The notes under the pieces: generated by a model
What the model saw: only the letters and a program-made list of their open reading frames with translations
Database searches by the model: none
What the model was told of the DNA's origin: nothing
Part shown: positions 54,908 through 64,000 of the stretch, one piece after another
Layout: the number at the start of each line of letters is the position of its first letter
Numbering within the stretch: the stretch's first letter is position 1
Made by a program: the position numbers and the translations under genes
From: Paramecium tetraurelia
Lineage: Eukaryota
DNA: 64,000 nt
Assembly: GCA_000165425.1 (NCBI GenBank)
Contig: CT868063.1
Location: 310,001 to 374,000 of the forward strand
Direction: 5' to 3'

Positions 54908-56618
54908 ATGGACCAACCTTTTGAGATACTATTTCAGATAACTACATTCATCTAATCCAATAAATCAAAGAAGGAAGAATAACATCTACATCTGACAATA
55001 TTTATGCTGTAACAGATCCTAGAATGCATCTTCACTATTATATCAGAGAAGTATTTAACTGAATTTCAGAAATTGTCTCATTTTTTGAAAGCGATTAAAT
55101 CTAATAAGAGGAGTGTATTGATTCTTAAGAATAATGGAGATTTATTTTAGCTTTTTTTTATGATTCTAATATTTTCAAAGAAAATTGAATATCGTATTGT
55201 AATATAATAAAACATTGTTATGATTGTATTACAATATGTCTGATATCTATTATAGTATTGCATTATTTGAATGTAGAATTAATATCTATTGATTAAAAAT
55301 TTAGACATATAATCTTTTTAACCTCAAAAGAGAAGGGAGATAATTGAAAACTTGGAAAATTATTTATTTGAGCATATTTAAATAGAACAGAAAGCGAGAA
55401 CTGAAACAATGACTGTTAGAAATTCAAATTAAGAATTATATATATTGTGCTTTCTTAATAATGACTCTAATTATTGAATAGATCAAATAATTTGATTATC
55501 AATTTTATTAATAATTAATATGTATAGTCAAAATCATAGTATATTCAACTCTCTGATGAAATAATTAGAACCATACTAATTTGATGAACCTACATTACCG
55601 CAATGGTAATTGTCTAGTATCAAATAGCCTATATTATCTCCTTATTTTGAAAATGCATCAGAAATTTAGAGTTCAAATTTTGAATTCGTGAAGGTATAAA
55701 ATGGCCGTGCAAGTTTCAAAGTTACATTACCTGTAAAAACATCCTTAAAATTTGAACTTAGACCCAATCTCTAAGTGGTATGAGTTACTAATTAAGAGAT
55801 CTTAGGGTTAGGGGAGGGAAAATTAATTTGTAAAACAGAACACAGCATTAACGAAATACCTTTAAAATAACCGTGCAATATAATGAAACCATTCGAATTA
55901 ATTAATTAAGGAAACAAAGACTGTAAAATTGGAATACAAGTTAGTTGATTTTATTATTAAATATGATAATATATAATTTATAGATGTAAGAACTCATCAA
56001 TGAACAAAGCTTAGGAGCAACTTGAATTCGATTAAGACTCTTAACTACTTAAAAGCTTATTAATGATAAAGAATTATTGAATTAAGATCAGAACCATCGC
56101 TTTAAATTCAAGCTAAACAAAAGAAGTTCAAGGAATGAGCTAAATAATTCAATTTCTATCAGGATTTCCTTCTTAATACTTAAACAATCTACCTTAAGAC
56201 TTAATGCTTTTGTTTGTATTGATTTACTTTTTAGTATTGCAGCCAGGATAATGCTATATCAATTGATTATTTTTTTCTAAGAAACAAACAAATTTGCTTA
56301 TAGTTAATTCTATTTTTTATGAATTATGACTCTATTTGTTTAATATTCTCTAACATCCAAATAAGAAAATACAAATAACCTAAATTAAAGTAGAAAATTT
56401 CAACTATGTGCAATAATAAATCGATTCTGGAAATAGTTAAAAATTATAACTGTATGAATTCATCAACTAAATAAGCATAGTAAGTATTCTCTTTCAATTC
56501 TATGATCAAAATATAAGGTTAAAATAATAGTTCATAAAAAAATAGTATAATAATGACCCTTAAAGAACAGCAAGTTAAATTGAATTCAGAAATTCAATTA
56601 GAAACTTAATAAACTTGA
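54908..56618 (+). CDS. Hypothetical protein, possibly with a late TM segment
   Basis: MDQPFEILFQITTFIQSNK..; coding-like with several GT..AG mini-introns; exact model not resolved. Confidence 0.45.
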
Positions 56619-57016
56619 TGGAATCAAAAATATTTGTTAATTGAAGGGGATCAATTAATATTTATTTATTTTATTGATATTTTTTGAGTAAATAAGGTTG
56701 TGAAAGTCAATTCAAATATTATTTAACAATAAGCATTGTAAATTAAATTTGATAATGATATTTTTCAATAAAACAAGAATTACAAGATAGTTAAAGCAAA
56801 AAGAAATCAGAAAAATTATATTCTTTGAAAGCGTAACCTCAATGATTTTATAAATATGAGTATGTAAAATCGTTACAAATATAAGGAAAGAACCACAAAA
56901 CAAAGATTTAAGCAGATATAGATGCTTTATGGATGGATTAACAGGCTTATAGTAAAAATTCGGGAATTTAAAAATATTGAAATATCTAAACAAATATTTT
57001 AAATAATAAATTATCA

Positions 57017-57261
57017 ATGGCTAAGTCAAAGAATGCTACCTCTCATCATAATGCCCGTAAACATCACAGAAACGGTATTAAAAAGCTTCCCAATCAAAGA
57101 TATAGAACATTGAAAGGAGTAATTGTTAATTGTTATCAAAGTGCAACTAAAGATTCGCAAAAAATAGAAGATTTGCTATTAAGAATGATCCTTCCATCAA
57201 AAAGAACAAGAGTGTCGAAACTAGATTAGCCAAAAGAAAAGCAAATAAGAATATACATTGA
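57017..57261 (+). CDS. RPL29: Ribosomal protein eL29
   Basis: [29 protein letters not shown][23-nt intron][12 protein letters not shown]. Confidence 0.96.
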
Positions 57262-57328
57262 TCATGATGTACACATATAAATAACATACATTAAATGCTT
57301 CATATCAATATATATTATAGATGATTAT

Positions 57329-59454
57329 TCATAAGTTGATCTTACTTTTGTGAATAACATCCTTTTTGATCTATTCACAATACCCATAGTGAAAACATAA
57401 GTGATCAATACCTTATTGCCATTTCTTACTTCTAGTTATCATCTTTAAGACAATATATCGATGTTACTTTAATATACAAGTTTCATTAGATTCACTTAAG
57501 GCTAATCATACACTGCGGTTTTATAATTGATAATTAAATATATGTATATGTATATTATTGCTCAACGATTGTTCACTGAATTGTATACTAAATTTAATCT
57601 TTCCATCAAAGAGAACTAAAAATTTCCAATCGTTGATAGCATTGAAACTACTTGTGTCAATGTTTAAGAATGCTAATTCAGTAGTGACATCATCTCTTAA
57701 GACCCATAATATTATTATTTGACTTCATGATTTATTGAATTTGGTTGATGCAAAGCCTAATTTAATTATTATTGAATTAAACTCAGTTCAGAAGTAACTG
57801 AGGCTTGCTTGTTGATTAAATAATCTATGTTTTAACTTTTCTAAGGGGTAAGAAGATTCTGATTGTTGGAGCATAATAGGTGCGATTATTGTGAATTGAT
57901 ACTTGTAAATCTTTGAGATTAAATATTGGAGTGAACTTCTGATATATCATTTTATTCCTAATTTTGACTGAGTCCTTATTCAACTATCTATTGAATACAG
58001 ATTTTATCTTAGGTTTCATTAAGATTTTACTATTACAAATACTAATTTGCAATTATTGATGATTATATTTGTTCTACTGGTTAATTAGAACAATTAAAAG
58101 GTTCTATTATAGTGGTTTATTTTGATAATTCTTATTATGATTATTGCTATTGAGAAGATTTAGAAATGATGCCTAATTCTTTTTAAAGTTGTTTTTATTC
58201 ATTTTCATAGTTTTATTCTTAATCATGTGGACTTTTTTATTTTTAATCAATATTATCTTTTTGATTCTTGTTTATAGGTATTTATTTAGATATCTAAGTA
58301 GCAATTTATTGACTGGAATTGGCAATATTATTTTTTTAATCAAAACTATTTTAATCTTTATTTGTTAATTTTTGATTTATATTAGTTACTTATTTCTATT
58401 AATTTGAATCCTTTCCTATTTATTTAGGTTATGTACCCTACTTCTTATGGTTATTATTACTTGAGCTTAGATTAAAATCATCATCTAATACAATAATGTG
58501 TTTGATTTTTTCTTTTTTTTAATGATGAGTTTGAGGTTATTTAAGCTAATTACTTGGTTAGGATGCATTACTTGATTTTGTAGTATTTGCCTAGTCTTTT
58601 CGAAGTTATTATTATGATTGTAAATTTGGTTATGTCGTAGATGCAGCCTATGAATTCTAGTTGGATTATGTAGAGGAATTATTCAATTTATTGTCATTTG
58701 ATTAAGTGTTGCTTTAAATCTTCTATTAAGTTTACTTCTAAATTGAATCCTAATTTTAAATGCAAATTCTTAGAGGTTTTGATACTTGCTCAGTTTATTT
58801 AATTTATTGTAGGGTCCCAGTTCGTATTTTAGCTAGCTAGTCATTCTATTTATGATTTTGATTTTCTGGTTTCTCTTGTTAGGGTTAATTCAACTAAATA
58901 TTATTTTATACTACTTCAGCTAAATTTTATTAAATTTAGTCGAATTATTTTAATAAGAAAAATTTGTTTTAGTATTTCTAATTTTAATTTTTACTACTGT
59001 TGTCAGATTACTTTTTATCTTAAGATTGATGATTAGAGATATTTGAAGTTTTAGAATTTAGTTTTTAGATTTTTTTGTTGGCTAAGTTTGACTTATTTGA
59101 TTCTTTCTTTTTATGTTATTTTCCTTTATCCTTAGATTCTGAAGTCTTGTTCTTTTTTTTCTGCAATTCTGACGCGTGTTATTTGGAAATGCCTTCTTCC
59201 TTCACTTATAGATTTTGAAAACGTTATTATTTAACTTTTTTTTATGTAATTACCTCTATATCCTTCTCTTCTTCAGGTTGTATTTCAATCTGAACTTCAA
59301 GTCCTTCTCTTTCATCTAGCCACTGTTTAATAGTAAGTAATGGAATATTTCGTAAGTAGCTAACATATTTAATATCGACATCAGTAGGATTATCACCTAG
59401 CTATTCATATACTTATCTTTTCTGATCCTCCTCTAAATCTTGCTATAAAATCAT
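57329..59454 (-). CDS. Gln/Asn-rich protein with N-terminal homeodomain-like segment
   Basis: QVYEQLGDNPTDVDIKYVSYLRNIPLLTIKQWLDER, basic KKKNK stretch, very Gln-rich middle (TAA/TAG/CAA). Confidence 0.6.
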
Positions 59455-59789
59455 TGCTATATTTTTGATTATATTTTGAACAAACTCTCAATTATTAACA
59501 TGCAATTTGACTATTTTTTGTAAACCTTTTTATAATATATAAATATTTATTTGAAAGGTACTTTATTATTATTATCATTTAATTATTTGAAAAATTTATT
59601 TTCCAATATAGTATTACGTATATAAATGTACATTTAATTATATCTTTTGTTTTCAAAAGGAATACTGATAATTAACACTAGAAAATTACTAAATTAATTT
59701 TAAATCATGAACTTTCTGTCCATTTATGAAAGCACAATAATATAGAAATATATGGAATTAATTATTGAAAAATCAATAAATATATAAAT

Positions 59790-60274
59790 ATGACTTCTAA
59801 AGTTCACTCACAATTAAACGAATCTGACATCTAGAAAGTTAACTATCCTGATTTAGCTGAAGTCAGATACGATCAAAATAGTGACAAAATATTTGTTGGA
59901 ATTCCAACTCAAAATCATTATATCCAAAATGGTATTCAAAAATTCATATTCAAGGAATCCCTATACCCAATGGATTTCTCATTACTCCCATTTATAACAA
60001 TGAAATTCCCTGCACAAATGTCCCCTTTGATGCCTAGGGATCAGTAATCCCAATTTAAATGCAATGCAAATACTGCCGCAAGATTGGAACCACAATTATG
60101 CAACATCGAGCTGGTCCATAAACTTGGATCGTTTCATTTTTGCTTTTCATTTTCTTCCTCCCACTATTCTTTTTACCATTCCTACTCGAAAATTGCAAAG
60201 ACAAAGTACATTACTGTCCTAATTGTGGATAATGTGTTGGGAAGAAGAAATACAAATTATGCAATAGTGATTGA
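59790..60274 (+). CDS. LITAF-domain protein
   Basis: QCKYCRKIGTT..hydrophobic stretch..CKDKVHYCPNCGQCVG; one 23-nt intron. Confidence 0.92.
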
Positions 60275-60713
60275 AAATAGTTATATTCCATATTATTATA
60301 CAAAAAATTTAAAAACTTAAGTGAACTCTAATCTAGTGAATCAAGTGATTATTACATATTATTAACTAATATTAAGACATTTAAGATTGCTTATATCATA
60401 AAACTGAGAAACTAATTATTAAATTAATTGATAATTTGATTTAAAATTTTTGATACTTTTATTAATTGATTTATCTAATCACCTAAGAAGATACTTTCAT
60501 AAATTATTCATTCCTTTAGGTTGAATTATCGTTTATTTTTGTCTTGTCTCTTGGAATTGATATAGCTATTTTCTTTCTTTTAAATCGTTATCTATTTAAT
60601 ATTGATTGATTTTAAAGAAGTTATGAAAGTAGATCTTTGAAGATGACCACATTTAATAATGATATAAATATATAATGAATAAAATTAATAACAATAATAT
60701 TTATATTAAAATA

Positions 60714-61004
60714 ATGATGTAAAATTAATTATCCAAACAAGATGGAATTAATACAATTAGAATTGATTTCAATAGTTCTGTTTAGAGATAAGAGGAGGAT
60801 TAAGAGTCAGATTAATCTAAGGAAGACATTAATAACTCATAATCTAAAGACTCAGAGAATGATAATTAATCAGAATTATTAATCAAGATGATCAAAAATA
60901 CCTTATATATTTATGCATACTTCTGCATAAGTATTAGGATATTAAACCTGTTTAAGCCAAAATACAACTTCATTTGGAATATGTATGAGCATATAAAAAA
61001 ATGA
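60714..61004 (+). CDS. Small acidic protein with a single C-terminal hydrophobic segment
   Basis: Intronless 96 aa; acidic N-terminus then NTLYIYAYFCISIRILNLF. Confidence 0.55.
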
Positions 61005-61040
61005 TATCGAAATAACAAAACAGATATTTAGTCACATTAA

Positions 61041-63579
61041 TCAGTTTTCAGGTTTATCATTTAATTCTTCAATTCCTTTAACATTAGTTCCACTATAATC
61101 ATCACTTTCATCCATTACTACAATATGTTTATTTAATTGTTCTAACTTTGGTATCACTTCTTATAATTCATGTCTCCAAATAACCCTAAATAAATTAAGA
61201 CTTTACTAATGAGAAAAGACTTCTTCTTCACCCTGCTATTGAAACACAAATGATAGACTAGAAACTTACTTTTTGTAAGATTTTGAAACTTTATCTTTTT
61301 CAATGTCAACATTGTAAACCGAATCCGAAGCTAATAGAATATCAAAAATATCAAGGCACTTTTCCTATTGTTTTTATTCAAAAATTTTCATTTTCTCGTT
61401 TATAATTTACAGAATATCATCTTTACTATCATCAGTTTATTATTTGATTTCAACAATCTCTTCTTTTTTTCTGATAGACTTAGGTTCATCTTATTTATTA
61501 ATATCAATTTTCTGTATGCCTTTATTTACTTTAGGTAAATCATAAGTCTAAGTTAGTTATTAATTATGTGATTTATCTAAATCTTTATAAGATTTCAAAG
61601 GCGTATTGTTTACAACATCTTATTAAATTTAAGATTATTCAAAGTTTTATGAGGGTTTTCTTGAATTTGATAGTACATTATCTGTAAATTATTAATTTTA
61701 ATTAACATTAACATCTCCTTTTTGTTTCTATTCAATTTATTTGTTTTCTTATTAAATTTATTTGTATTTTGGATTAGGTTTAATTGCTACAGGTTTTGTA
61801 TTATCCCAGATGTCCACAGCATCTCTCTATTCAGGATTGTGTAATTGTTTATTTTATGATAGAGGATAATTGGATTCCTATTATGAGACAGATTAAGCCT
61901 ATTAATTTGTTTCTTCTTAACAATTTTAACCGTCTTTTTCCTCATTGTCTTGATTTTCTAATTATTAAATTGCTGAATCTTCTTATTTGCCAGATTCCTG
62001 TTTTTATGTTTAGATATCTTCAAATTAAAAAGTTTCTTCATGAGACTTTTCGCTTAAGGTTTCTAAAACTTCCTCCTTTGGAACATCTAAATATGTTGGA
62101 ACAACCTATCTTTTAACTCCATTATCTCCTGTTAGTTTTCTTGAGTGAACCTTTCCTTTATGTTTTTCATGAGTAACTTGTTTTTTATTACTATTTTGCA
62201 CATAATGCTAATTTTGAGTTTCCTCATGTTATTAATGATTATCGGTTTCAATATTTTATTATTAGATTTAAACAGTCTGATGATTTTATTGATTATTTCG
62301 TATTTATTTCGTTTTATGAAATTATTGAGTAGAGGGGATATCTGGTAATTCTGATTAACTGGATTATTAAGATTAAGGATTGCTTGTTTCAGATACTGAT
62401 TCATGTTATTTTTGTTGTTGTTATTATTATTACTTTTTTCTTGGTTTTGCTCTTCTCTGTGATGATTTTCTCTCTGGAACTTATTCTTTGCTGAAATCCA
62501 TTTATTTAGGAGTCACTTCTTCTTTGAAATATACTGGCTCAGTTTTAACTATTTCATCAATTTATTGGAAATGTTCTTCCTGTTATTCTTCATTAATTTC
62601 AGTTTGCAATATTGGTGTTGAATGTCTTGATTGCTAGATTTCTTGTATTATTTAATCTGCTAAGAGTTCAAATTTATCATTTATGAATGGAATCTATGGT
62701 TCTTCTTTTTTCTAGTAGAACTCATTGTAGTCACTCATTTAAATTTCATAATTGTAAGGAATCTTTATTGTATATGCTTTTTATCTAATCCTATTGACAA
62801 TATCTTCGTATTAATCAATCATAGTTTGCATTCTAATAAAATATATTTGCAGTACTTAAGGTCGTAGTTGTATCTATCATCTTTAAGAAAATTCTCCATT
62901 TATTTAAGCAGTCGTTATTGAATTAGTTCACTAGTTATAATTTATCTCGAGACAACTTTATTATTACTGATGACAAGTATTTCTGTTGCTTTCATAGATT
63001 TGTCTAACATAATTGGGATTCCTTACACTCAGTACGAATAGTGAACTTATTAGAACATAGAGATTTATTAAGTTATTCTTCATTATTAGTAGATTGGAAT
63101 GACTCCAATTCATATAATGATGAAGGTATTTTACTACTCAAATTAGTTTTGTAAATGTTTTTTTATAGGAATGCATCAACTTTCTTTTTGAAATCAGCAA
63201 CCATCATTTTGGTCTACATTTGGTTGTATTTTGTGTGATTAGGTTCATTATAGCTACTATAGGTCATAGAATGCACATACTCTTAAGGTTTGCTCAATTC
63301 CTTAAACTCGTTAACATTATAAATTGTAGAATGATGATAAAAGTTCTTGCTATCCTCTTTTTTGTGAGACAACGCTTACTTAGAGATTAATCAGCATGTA
63401 TACCAGCTTCTGTTTTACTAAATTCTTTTGAGTTCTAGATGTAACCATTTCCTAAGAGAGACTAAACTATAACTCTCCTTGTACTTGAAAAATTGGCTGC
63501 CTGTAGCATTAAGTGAAGGTAATCTAAGATATCGATAAGGATTGATTCTCAAGTATTCCACGCTAAATTGTTGACTCAT
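61041..63579 (-). CDS. Hypothetical low-complexity / coiled-coil protein
   Basis: MSQQFSVEYLRINPYRYLRLPSL..; long open frame in ciliate code with poly-Gln tracts; ends EELNDKPEN-TGA. Confidence 0.65.
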
Positions 63580-64000
63580 TTTATATATTTATTATAACTT
63601 TAATTACATTCATACTTTGAACCTTAAGATTTAAACTTAACTTAATCTCTAAGAAATTATAATTATTTATAGTTTTCGGACTACTCTAAATAAATTTTAT
63701 ATATATAATGAATAAAGAGATTACAAATACAATATTGTTGAACCTTATTGAAATTATTAAGTGATTTCACATGGATAGTTCTTTGTTATATTTTATGGTT
63801 ATCAACTTAAAATTCATTATCATTACTATTATACATGTTTAATTGGAGTAATGATATGGAATTGTTTTTAATTATTTAATAGAAATTTTAACTATTCTAA
63901 TCATATTATAGCACAATTTCCTTGATTTTCATTTAATTCAAATATTGATATAATTTTTTACAAATCATTATTATAGTTCTTCATTAGCAATGGTGTTTTC

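Noticed and set aside
56712..57017. 101-aa minus-strand ORF upstream of RPL29
   Set aside because: Starts at a non-ATG codon, has extreme AT-driven composition and lies in the RPL29 upstream region; no motif support

Overview
AT-rich, very gene-dense eukaryotic DNA with the hallmarks of a Paramecium-type ciliate macronuclear chromosome: TAA/TAG read as Gln, TGA is the only stop, and genes are split by 20-33 nt GT..AG introns. The supplied standard-code ORF track therefore only shows fragments. Re-reading by hand with the ciliate code gives about 38 protein genes. These include a calpain, six kinases, two Tubby proteins, a CHAP amidase, a C2H2 transcription factor, a four-domain Ca/Na-type channel, CFAP74, a J-protein, two RING-H2 ligases, a trichocyst matrix protein, ATG4, GPI8, mRPL20, RPL29, RPL41 and LITAF. 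No tRNA, rRNA, transposon, telomere or CRISPR was seen. The most notable observations are: a strongly divergent histone H4 variant; a C2H2 factor fused to His/Cys-rich metal-binding repeats (candidate ciliate zinc sensor); a channel with a T-E-E-E filter; two divergent gene pairs whose ATGs are only 9-10 nt apart and share ATAAATTA; an in-frame TGA inside GPI8; and a 7TM GPCR-like protein. All gene models are manual, and boundaries may be off where introns are ambiguous.
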